Origin: Enoplolaimus lenunculus
Taxonomy: Eukaryota
Reading direction: 5' to 3'
NCBI GenBank assembly: GCA_030248215.1
Contig: JASANG010003525.1
Location: 124,001-188,000, forward strand
DNA length: 64,000 bases
How positions within the stretch are numbered: the first letter of the stretch is position 1; each line of letters begins with the position of its first letter. This document shows, piece by piece, positions 53,627 to 64,000 of this stretch. Under the pieces are notes generated by a model. The model had not been told where the DNA came from and did no database searches. It was given only the letters and a program-made list of their open reading frames with translations. Position numbers and translations under genes: made by a program.

Positions 53627-53878
53627 CACTGTAAATTCCAATGAGTTGATTAATCAATTCAGCTAGCGGGTTGGTTGTTTCTGAATAAATATCAGTAAAC
53701 ATTAACTCACTCTCAGTTGAGTTGATCCTTACTCTGAGTTGATTTGACTCTGGAGGAGTTGATTAATTAACTCACAATCAATTGAATCAACACAAAATTC
53801 TGAGTTCTGATAGTCCTAACCCAGGCTGAGTGATTTTACTCTTTCTGAGTTTAAATCAACTCACTGAAATTTACAGTG
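53627..53878. mobile_element. Family B2 MITE inserted in the TIR of a family C element
   Basis: Same termini as 25735-25964; the family C end resumes after it (cgttggtc). Confidence 0.75.
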
Positions 53879-54647
53879 TACGTTGGTCTTCACGTTTTAG
53901 GATTTGGACACAAATTTAAAATTAAAAATTGTCAAATATTGTGTTTAAATGTTCCGTTTTACGATTTTAATATGGGTATCTGAGCATACGAGAACTGATA
54001 ATGAAAGTTTCATATTTCTTTCCTATAAAAGCTAAAACAAAGCCATAAATGGTGTTATTTTGAATATTTTCTGAATAAATGTTTTCACGGTCGGTTTAAT
54101 CACAGGTCTGACGTTGAGTTGAAAAGTTTGACGTAAAAATTATCGATGCGTACAATACCACATGAATACTTTCTCCAGTTGTCGCTTTACATAGTTCCCA
54201 AGAAATTGTCTAAAACCAACATCTGGACCGTAGTCTTCTAAGAACGGCTACTGGTAGTTGTGAAACTGGAAAATTTATAGAAGGAACAGCACGCGACAGA
54301 TATAAGTGGGAAATCTCGCTCGTTACAAGCGAGCAATGACCGCTTGTAGCGGCAACGCTAGAGTAACTGAACTGAACTAAAACTTTTCAACTGCCGTCGA
54401 GCATCGTTCACAATATAAAAAATTCGACCGGGCCACAAGTATCGGAGTTCTGGGTTAGCAATCATACTTTTTAACCATACCTCAATGAAAACTCTTCGTT
54501 GACCCTACCTCCATTATATGTGTAAATATACTTTGACTAAGCTATGACCGCTATTTTATTCTATTTCCCCGGAACACAATTAGCCAAATTATAACTTTTG
54601 CCGCACAAGTTTAAATATTTTTGTTTTGCGCATTGTTTCAGTTGGTT

Positions 54648-54998
54648 ACATCAAGAGTGCATGATACCCTTTAACAATAGTATGCAACTGGGTACATTCT
54701 ATGTAGAAAAAAATGTACCCAGCGCATGTTGCATTTTTGGCTTACCCCCCGTATTTGAGGCGGGGGGTCAAAATCTCCATCGATGTTGAAATTCATGTGC
54801 TATTGCATATACTAAAATGTGGTCCGATTATATTTTCGGTGTTGGCTGGCGGATAGACGTGTAAAATAGACGTAAAATTGACCCCCCCCCCCAAATGAGG
54901 GGGGTTGGCCAAAAACGCAACGCGTGCCGGTACATTCTTTAATACACAGAATGTACCCAGTTGCACACTCTTGTTAGAGTGATCATCGACTCTTTGTT
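54648..54998. mobile_element. Long-TIR foldback element (family H)
   Basis: Long imperfect inverted arms (caactgggtacattct / agaatgtacccagttg); fragments at ~3930-4020 and ~6975-7280. Confidence 0.55.
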
Positions 54999-55470
54999 AC
55001 ATTAATTGTTTACAAATTTTAACAACGGATATTTGTATTTTTTAAGCTTTTTAAATCAGTAAATAAATCGTCCTATTGTCTGATTGAGAGGTATTATGAT
55101 ACAAAGATGCTGAAAAACTTACAAAATACATTACATAAAGTGACTACAGGCAGTGTCAACACCCTCTCATCCATTTAAAAGGACACCGAACGGGTTTGTA
55201 TTCTTGCGCTATAACTAAATGTCTTAAATCGGCAATATTTTGCACACACCCTGTGGTGTTTTGATAATTCTATTTCAAATATGCTACTTTTCGCAAATTT
55301 CACTTCCGAGCATGCGAAAATTCGGAGTAGTAAACGGTTTTGCGTATGAAACGATTCTATAAAGTTTAATCATGAAATTCTATCTGTATTTTTAGTGGCA
55401 AACTCTTTTGCAGACAGCTATAAAATAAAGCCTTGGAATGGAATTGAAATAATATAATGAATAAGACTGT

Positions 55471-55832
55471 AGTCCATGTATGGGCCAATGAAAAGAACAG
55501 GAGCGGAACAGTATTATACGCTTATTCCTGAGTCTAAGCCTAAGCTTAAGCCTAAGCGAAGCAAAAAAATTAGTCTAAAGCTTAAGCTTATTCTATTCTT
55601 GTCCGATGGAAAAACGCTACGCCCCTGATCTTTACATAGGCCCATGTATGAAACAGGGCCGGATCGTTTTCCTGCGAGACTGTAATAGAGTAAGTTTAAG
55701 GGTTAGACATTTTTTGCTTAGGCTTCGGCATAAGCTCATTCTCATGCTTATGCTTAGTCTTAGGTTTAGGTTTAGGCGTAGGGTTAAGAATATGCTTATA
55801 CTACTGTTCCGAGCCTGTTATACACATAGGCC
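55471..55832. mobile_element. Two family C MITEs, one (55483-55642) inserted in the TIR of the other
   Basis: Perfect 8-bp TSD CATGTATG at 55475-55482 and 55643-55650. Confidence 0.75.
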
Positions 55833-56640
55833 AAATTTGCCAATTTACCGAATAACATTTCTGTAATAGCGGACTGAAAGGCAACAAATATGATACAACG
55901 CATAACATCCGCAAAAAGAATTTGTAGCAGTAACTCCGCATTATCGAAGAGACCAATGTTATTTTTATAGGCGTAACAGTAGATTAAGCGCATTTCTAAG
56001 CCTAAGCCTAAGCCTAAGCAGTTGCAAAAATGTGTTCTTAAGCCTACGCCTATGCCTAAGTCTAAGCACAAAAATGTAATCTAGAATCTAAACCTACTCT
56101 TTTATAGACCCACCAGAAAGCTCGACGCCCCTTTAAGTAAAGTGGGCCATGGAAGACAACAATTTTTAACATCATAACGAATAGTATGAAAGAAAAGGCT
56201 AAAATTCAAGAAGTTAATTTGAACCAGAAATATTACAATTTGAAAAGGTCAGACCAGACTGAAATTGGTTCTACTTGTCAAGAATGAAAACCAACACTGT
56301 TTGCTGTTCCGGCCCGTGGCTAAGCTTTAGGTTTTACACGCGCGACACAATCGTTAATACGATTTAGGCTTACAGGCACGGCGAAAGGCTTAGGCATAGG
56401 CTTACACTCGCGGCCGATCACTTAGGCTTTAGGCTTGCAACACACGGAGCAAGGATTTGGTTTTAAGCTTACACGTGCATTGAAATTTCATTATAAGTGA
56501 CCTGATGATGCTGCACTGTATTTATATAAATTCCAAACAAGTTTGAAGTTTTTGCAGCCTTTTAATTGGACAAAATTTAATAAAAATGTTTAAACTTTTA
56601 CCGCAATTTTTGGTGGAAAAGCAAAAAGTGTTAAAGCAAA

Positions 56641-56856
56641 GCCCTATTTACACGTGCTGGTGCGACAACATGCAGCTGCAACTTACAGTTGCAAGTTTTG
56701 CCCGAAATCCCGTTCGAAAAACATGCAGCTGCAAATAATTCGTTAAAAATCATAGCTAGAAATTTAGTTCGCATGTGTGAACAACATTGCAAGTTCACTA
56801 GTGCAATTTACAGCTGCAAGTTCTCGCATCCAAAACTTACACGTGTGAATATGACT
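56641..56856. mobile_element. Family G MITE (TIR ~GCCCTATTCACACGT; TGCAGCTGCA core)
   Basis: Related copies at ~4078-4348 and ~14790-15030. Confidence 0.6.
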
Positions 56857-57056
56857 TTATTTTAACACATTTTGCTTTACACCAAAAACTACGTTACTGT
56901 TTTTAAAAAGTTCAAACATACTTGAAATATTTTCATATATGGCCTCCTTCAAGTAGTTATACAGTAACATTTGGTGAAACAAAACCCCTGTTCTCCTTCA
57001 AGTAGTTATACAGTAACATTTGGTGAAACAAAACCCCTGTGCGTATTGCACAGGGC

Positions 57057-57216
57057 GCCCAATGTAAAGAACAGGGGCGGAACAGTATTATAACCATATT
57101 CCTAAGCCTAAGCCTAAGCATAAGCCTAAGCCAAGCAAAAAAGTTAGTCTAATGCTTAAGCTTACTCTATTGCAGTCCCACAGAAAAACGTACCGCCCCT
57201 GATAATTACATGGTTC
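57057..57216 (+). mobile_element. Family C MITE
   Basis: Termini and (CCTAAG)n core. Confidence 0.7.
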
Positions 57217-57587
57217 CATAGGGCTCCAACGAAAGATTTCATACTATTTTCGGAAACTCATTTCACTTTCATGCAGTAGGTACACGAACCTGAAATTAGA
57301 GACATACCTGGGCGTTGTCTACAAGTGAAACCAACAGTCAATAAAAGTTTAAAATTTATGGAACATTCTAAACTGTAGTTGCATTTTTTATCACAAGCTA
57401 ATATGGCTTTGTGTTCCTATTGGCAAAATAAACAAATAGCAGCTGTTTACGCGTGTATAACATTGAGTTCAGAAGTTAAAAAGTGCAAAAGGTTGAAAAA
57501 ATGTAAACACTGGCCACATTCCCTCAAGAATTAGGTGTTGGACTCCGCCTAAAATTGGTTTTGTTTTCTAACCATCGGGTGATAAGG

Positions 57588-57748
57588 CGGGCCCGTAGCC
57601 AAGACGGGGCTAGGTGGGATGCTGAGCCCCCGTAGAAAAATCCCCCCTAGAAAATTTTAAACCTTGCTTGCCCGTTACTGAAAACCTTTGAATGCCCCTC
57701 GTGAAAATTTTTTAGCCCCCCTAGTATGGTGAGCTGGCTACGGGCCTG
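57588..57748. mobile_element. hAT-type MITE
   Basis: TIR CGGGCCCGTAGCCA/TGGCTACGGGCCTG, perfect TSD TGATAAGG; relative at 30054-30216. Confidence 0.8.
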
Positions 57749-59145
57749 TGATAAGGTCATTTTTAAGGCCACATCAATTAGTATATATATTTATATATAT
57801 TTATATATATTTATAATTTATATTATATTATATATAATACCAAGAATAAATAAATTTGTTTCTCAACTTACATTTTACTTGCATGACGGTATTGACAATG
57901 GTGTGTCACTCCTAGAGCCAATTAGTAAACATGTTCACAAACAAATAGGCCGCAGCTGCTATCGAGTTGAAGGTAAACTTTGCGCGCACGAAAGTAGGGT
58001 AGATCATATGCAGGGCCGGATTAGCCACCCCCATAACCCCATTTCCGGGGGGCCTCACTCCTAAAAAGGCAACACCCAAACCGGTTAAAAAACCACTGAA
58101 GTTTCACAATGTGTCTGGTTTCTCGCTCGCTTCGCTCACGAGTTTGGGAACCCTACCCTGATGTTTGGAGGTAGCCCCAACCCCAGTCTGCTGCGCACTA
58201 AATTCAAACAAGTGCAAGATATACACATTTGCGAAATTATTCACAAATATTAGCTTTGAAATTTACTGATGAGCCATTGCTAATTGACCTCGCGTTCGGG
58301 TACGCTCTTGTTTCAGATAAGATGTCAGAAAGTTATGAAATTTTAGTTTAAAAGTTTTCGCATTTGGAATGCCCTCGTTGGCGGTAGCTACTGTGTTTTT
58401 AAAAAATTCAAATAAAAGCAAATTTTTTGGTTTCTAGGATCCAGAAGGGTATTAAACATAGTAAAATATATAAAAAATGGTTGAAAAAATGTTTGAAATA
58501 TAACGAAATATATAAAAACCATGAAGTATTTATCTAAACCAAAGGCGCGGAAAGGGGTTATTTAGCTAAAACCGACCGTTTGGGAATTTATGTCTAAGAA
58601 TGTTCAACAACTCATTCAGCTGGGAACACCAGGAGCCTAAATTTCAAGGTATTTGTGGAACGCGAGTTCGTTTCGTAATATCGTGATTTACGCCCATGAC
58701 CTGATCCCGCAACGTACGAACAATAAAACGTGTATCAAATTCAGGTTTGAAACATCTAAGCCAGTGCCAAACAATAATCCTTCCCATATATGGTCGTTGC
58801 TATAAACGATTAAGGCCAAATTATTGAGTGTTTGCCCAACTTTTTTTAGGATTAAAAAGTTAAATCATATGGTTCAACAAGTGATGTCACAATGAATTTA
58901 TTCAAAACCATGAAAGCGTGAAAATATTTTCATGACATAATGGGGGTAGGTACTGCATATATATGTATATATAATATATATATAAATATATATGTACATA
59001 TATATTTATTTATATATATTCATATGTATGTATGGTAAATGTATACTTATGAATAGATCGTTGCAACAGTTTACTCTTTTATACGTATTTTCAGGGGAAG
59101 GCACTACTTACCACTGGGAAAACTGGGTTTGTGAAGACCTTTGTA

Positions 59146-59580
59146 CTGTTGTCGACCAGAATAAGACGGGTACTGAATTTATTTCGTCTCTTCAGCGGGT
59201 ACCCTTTGTTATTTGGTTACGGACTGTTATTTTTTAATCCATCCTCTGCCGCCCTTCGTCACTGATAGGTATTCGGTATTGCAACTATCAATTGAATTAT
59301 ACGTTTATTTGTCTTGTAACAAAAACTTGAGCTATATTGCAAAGTTATGCTTTAGGAATGTACTATCAAAACTTAATATGCTTTAAAGTTTCGAACTCAA
59401 CTTTATTTGGTCCAAGAGTCATCTATGCACTACAATTAAGGATAATTGTCATCTATGGACTCTAATTAGGAATGAGGAACTCTTTCCGCTGACGGACTCT
59501 CATAGATACGGACTCCTATTGATGGGGACTCAAAGTCGGAACCCCCCTCTTATTAGCCCCTTTTATTCGGGTCACTACAG
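59146..59580 (+). mobile_element. Family A MITE
   Basis: Both TIRs, TA flanks and core. Confidence 0.75.
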
Positions 59581-60200
59581 TACGTTAACCAAAGTATGCA
59601 ACAAAGAATAAAATATTTACTCATAGGGGCGTCGCTTAAAAGCCGAATTAAAACATAAGCCTTAACGTAAGGATAAATCAACAGCTAAACCTAAATGATA
59701 AAACCTCAATCTACACATAGTTTAAGGTCTTAACGAATTGATAATTATGGAAATGACGAAATACTTACAGTTCGGTAGACATTCAATTGATTTTCAGTGT
59801 GTCAGTAAACTTGCGTATATACATGATGCCAGCCGCATGTAAAAATTAGGGGCGAAACGTTTTTCTGCGTGACTGCAATATGGTAAGTTTAAGCATTAGA
59901 CTAATTTCTTTGTTTACACTTAGGTTCAGGCTTAATAGATATTACGCCTACTGCACTCAAAATAATATTTCTGATATTTAAGAAAAAATTTCTTAAATTT
60001 GAGAAATATGATTAGCAAGGTGCACTTGAAAAGTGTTTCTGTTATAACAGAAATGTTTTCAAAAAACGTTTTGAAATAAAGTCTGAAAATAAACGTTTTC
60101 CAGTTATTTTAAGAAAAATTGTCATAAATATCAGCAAAACTTTTCAGATGTGCCACAGAAAACACTTTTCTGAATAAATTCAGAAATACTTTTTTGTGTG

Positions 60201-60642
60201 TGTAGTAACCGGAATAAGAGGGGGACTGATATTAAATTGGCCTCTCCAGAGGGTACCCTCTTGCTATTCGGTTACGGACTGTTATTTATTTTTAACCCAC
60301 GTTCCGCCGCCCTGCGTTACTGATATATATCCGGTACTGCAATTATCCGTTGAATTAAACGTTTATTTGTCTTGTGCCAATAGCCTGAGCGATAACACAA
60401 GGTTAGACTTAAGAATGTACTTTCAAAATTTAAGTACGCTTTTAAAGTTTCGAACTCAAATTATTTGGTCCTGGAATCATTTATGTGCTACAATTAGGTT
60501 TAATTGACATTTATGGATCTAATTAAAGTTTAGGGACTATCCGCTTAGGGACTCTTATTAGGGATACGGACTCCAACTGATTCGGACTTTAAATGGGGAC
60601 CCGCCTCTTATTACCCCTTCCCTTTTATTCGGGTCAATACAG
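60201..60642 (+). mobile_element. Family A MITE (nested)
   Basis: Core and right TIR ttattcgggtcaatacag|ta. Confidence 0.75.
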
Positions 60643-61133
60643 TATTAAGTAGGCTTAAACTTTTAGAAATATATTTATACTATTCTTGCGGCCCTGTTAT
60701 TGACCCGATGCCTTATGCTTTTTAAAAGTTTATTTGACAGTTAAAAGTATTATATATTAACATTGTAAAGCAAAAATATTCAAAATATTTATGCGTCGTT
60801 TGAGATCCAAAGTTAAACTGAACAAAGCCTAATTACCGGCTATCTTTTCTGCTGTTGTATCGAACCGGACCCGAAGAAACTTGTAAAATTTGTCCTTTCG
60901 CTTAAGCGTAAAACTTGCCAGATGTAAATTACAGAATCGAAAGAATTTTTCAGCTTATAAAAAGCAATAATTTAAAGCTTAAACCTTTGAGAATTAATTT
61001 GTTAAAATTTCAAATAAATATTGTTTACCTGCGATATAAAATGCCTCATACAAACAGTTGAATTTTCACTTAATTATATTTACGGCAAAAGGCATTGAAA
61101 AAATGACCCCAATGTCAGCTTCAAAGTTTGAAT

Positions 61134-61308
61134 CAGTGGCGGATCTAGGATCTCAAAATGGGGGTGGGCCAAAATTTCACAGGTAATAAATTTACTTTTG
61201 ACCCACATACAAACCATGAACTATTGTCACAAAATTGCTATATAATTTTTGTCGAGATGCTGTTGGGGGGGCACGGCCGGGGTGGCCTCCCCCATGGATC
61301 CGCCATTG
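61134..61308 (+). mobile_element. hAT-type MITE (family F)
   Basis: Close copy of 5894-6061; perfect 8-bp TSD GTTTGAAT. Confidence 0.85.
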
Positions 61309-61590
61309 GTTTGAATAAAGAACATTCGATGTAAGGACTGAAAGTATATTGCGAAAAAAGCTGTGCGTTTTTGTCCGGAGTCAAATTGAGATCCGTTTAA
61401 AAGGTCCAAAGCTTCTGGTTTAACCGGAATATATTCATTTTATACAAACTACGTCAATTTCAAATTTAGCGTGTGCCCACTGTCTTCTAATACTGATACG
61501 TGACTTGAGTTATTCAAAACAATTATCGGTTGAAACGGTGCCGGCAACAAACTCTAGTAAACATTTTAGTCTAAACCTTGTCCACAGTTA

Positions 61591-61800
61591 CACTGTAAAA
61601 AATGGTGAGTCAAATTGACTCTCTCGGAAATAGGCTTTTCCTGACTATACAAACTGAGTCAAAATTCGACTCCACCTGAGTCAAACGTGCGACATAGTGA
61701 ATCGAATTTGACTCTGGTGGAGTCGAATTTGACTCAGTTTGTGTAGTCAGGAAAAGCCTATTTCCGAGAGAATCAGTTTGACTCCCAATTTTTTGCAGTG
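61591..61800. mobile_element. Family B MITE
   Basis: TA|CACTGTAAAAAA...TTTTTTGCAGTG|TA. Confidence 0.8.
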
Positions 61801-62059
61801 TACAGGGGCGTGTGCCGTCTGTTCGAGAACTACTGGCTTTGATGTCTGAGATTTGTTGATAGCGTTCAAAAAAGTAAATAGAAATTTTTTTCGTGTACCT
61901 AAAACTATTTTCTTGCGCACCCGGTACTTCTTAGGAAAGAAATCCTGGTTGTGATGCTGGTTGCAACACAATCCATGGTAGAAAATAGGCCTTCTTACGT
62001 AAAAACTAAACTTAACTTCCGCTGATATAAGTAACTTTTGTAAATCTAATTATCTGGTT

Positions 62060-63060
62060 TACTGGTTGTGTGGGTAAGTTTGTGAATGGCTGGTTTACCC
62101 CCACCCCCCCCCAAATTTTTCCCCTAATTCCCCAACCTTTCCATTGACAACAACCTCTTTTTTCTGCCTTCCGGTGCTCTCCCCCCTTTACCTCTCCACT
62201 CCCCCTGTTCGCCGCTTCCACCCCGCCCCCCTCCCCTCCCACTGCGGCGCTTGTCCTTTACACGTCGTCTTCCCATTTTCTCCCTTCCCCTCCCCTCTCT
62301 TTCCCCTACATACACCACCTGTTTTTGCCATTCGACCTTCCTTGGCTTTGTTCCGATATATTCTTTTCCTTTGGCCTTCGCCATACTCACACTTTTTTCT
62401 TTTTTTTTTTTTCTTTTTTTCACTTTTCCGTTTTTTTCTTCTCCTTTCGTTCCTCTTCTTCTCTTTTTTTTTCACTTCCTTTTTTTTTTCTCTCTTTTTT
62501 CTTTCACCACCATACTGCCTCTCCTTCTCTTCTCCCGCCTGCCCCCTCCCCCGTTTTCCTTCTCTCCTTTATCTTCCCTCTACGTTTTGATCGTCCTAAT
62601 TATCCTAACTCCTTTATCGTCCCTTACCCCCTTGCAGCCCTTTTTCCTTTTTTTACTCTCCCCCCTCATTTGTTTTCTTATCTACCTCTCCGCACCTCTT
62701 TTCGCCATAAAAGGGCCTGCTGTCTTAATAAGCCAATCTCCTCCCCACATCCCAGAAACCGCCTAATAAATTAAAAAAAAATTTCTAAATTTAGAACACT
62801 GAAGCTCCCAATTCTCACTCTTTTTATCTCTTCTATACTTACTATTATTTCTTTATTACACCAAATATTCCCACACAACAAAATAAAAATCCAATTTACT
62901 AAAAAATATTAAAATTAACGAAATCCCGGGCCATGGCTGGTTAATGGTTAGATCATTCAAAAATTAAAATATATCAATATATAATTTCTTTAATTTAAAG
63001 ATATATAAATATTTGATAAATGTTAGTGAATTTTAAAAATAATCCAAAATCAAACGGAAA
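62060..63060. other. Degenerate pyrimidine-rich then A-rich low-complexity tract, possibly a low-quality consensus segment
   Basis: Homopolymer-rich, aperiodic, composition unlike the rest of the window. Confidence 0.55.
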
Positions 63061-63236
63061 TTAAAAATTGAAAAAGAGCGAAACATGATAGATGCATCTT
63101 TCGGTATTTGAGAGGGTGGAAACGCAACTTCACCTAACCGGATATGAAATAGTAAAAGGTCCTTGTTGTCGAAAATTGTTTTCATGAATCATATACGTCC
63201 TTCAACTTTGGTAAATAAAATTGTTACAAACTAAAG

Positions 63237-63416
63237 GGCCAATATTTTATAACCTTATTCTTAAACCTAAACCTAAGCCTGCGCATAAGAATGAGTTTAT
63301 TCTTAAGCCGAAGCCTAAAGCCTAAGCCTAAGCCAAGCAAAAAATTAGTCTAAAGCTTAAGCTTATTCTATTCTAGTCCCACAAAAAACGTTCCTCCCCT
63401 TATCTTTGCATGGGCC
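63237..63416 (+). mobile_element. Family C MITE
   Basis: GGCC termini; 8-bp TSD AACTAAAG/AACCAAAG (7/8). Further copies or fragments at ~5.5, 27.4, 33.2, 38.0, 40.1, 41.4, 44.1, 53.4, 56.0 and 59.8 kb. Confidence 0.75.
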
Positions 63417-64000
63417 AACCAAAGGTAGAATTAAAAAAATTGAGGTTGGAAATTTAGGTATTAAGATTCTGATCTTGGAAGCTTTTCATTTATTGTTTTA
63501 AATTCTAATACAAAAGTTTAATTTCGTTGGTTATTAGGGTGTCAGCGACACCTATATATTTTTAAAGGTGTCTACTGGCGGTCTGGTTGGGACATAAAAA
63601 GACAGCAAAGCATATCGTATGTTAATATTACGGGTTCGAATTTTAGACACATTCGCAGCACCTGGAACTGTGAACTGTCTTATTGCGAAGTTACCTCTAG
63701 TAGCTCAAAATTAATAGCGCATTCTTCACCAACCCTTGAATATTTGAGTACGTTAAAATGCCTGTTGAAAAGCTGAGATACGTGTCAACGCTATATAAAA
63801 CTTGCTAAAATCTTTACTTGTGTTAAATCCGAATTGAGCCATGGCTCTGCTGACCAGTCATTGACATTCAGAGAAAAGTTACTTGGTCTTCAACATACTC
63901 TTGTACACTTCTGTGAATTGGTTGGTCAAAAAGGCACTGCTATTTATTAACGCAAGGAGATTGTGAAACAAAGTCCGAAATGGACTTGAATCAGGGGTTG

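Noticed and set aside
62012..62774. Overlapping Lys-, Phe- and Pro-rich ORFs
   Set aside because: Low-complexity, probably low-quality sequence that lacks stop codons because of its composition.

Overview
AT-rich eukaryotic (metazoan, invertebrate-like) genomic DNA with GT-AG introns and very dense non-autonomous DNA transposons; the species cannot be determined from the sequence. No prokaryotic operons, CRISPR arrays or rRNA were found. (1) A minus-strand gene of 11 coding exons (17807->7795, about 1218 aa), assembled by hand with consistent splice phases. It encodes three N-terminal C2H2 zinc fingers, a long acidic low-complexity region with many SUMO-interaction-like motifs, and a C-terminal His/Cys cluster plus coiled coil. 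(2) Directly upstream, on the same strand, decayed pogo/Tigger-type (DDE_1) and probably Sola-type transposase pseudogenes, one fragment of which may be exonised. (3) A probable small secreted-peptide gene (signal-peptide exon at 32.3 kb) with two paralogous downstream exons sharing a synonymously conserved VKLPMM motif. (4) Many MITE families (Tc1/pogo-like with TA TSD, CACTG-ended palindromes, hAT-like with 8-bp TSD, and a Merlin-like family carrying TTAGGC arrays), Helentron/DINE-1-like elements, two minisatellites and a probable low-quality stretch near 62-63 kb. All gene models are manual and lack transcript support.
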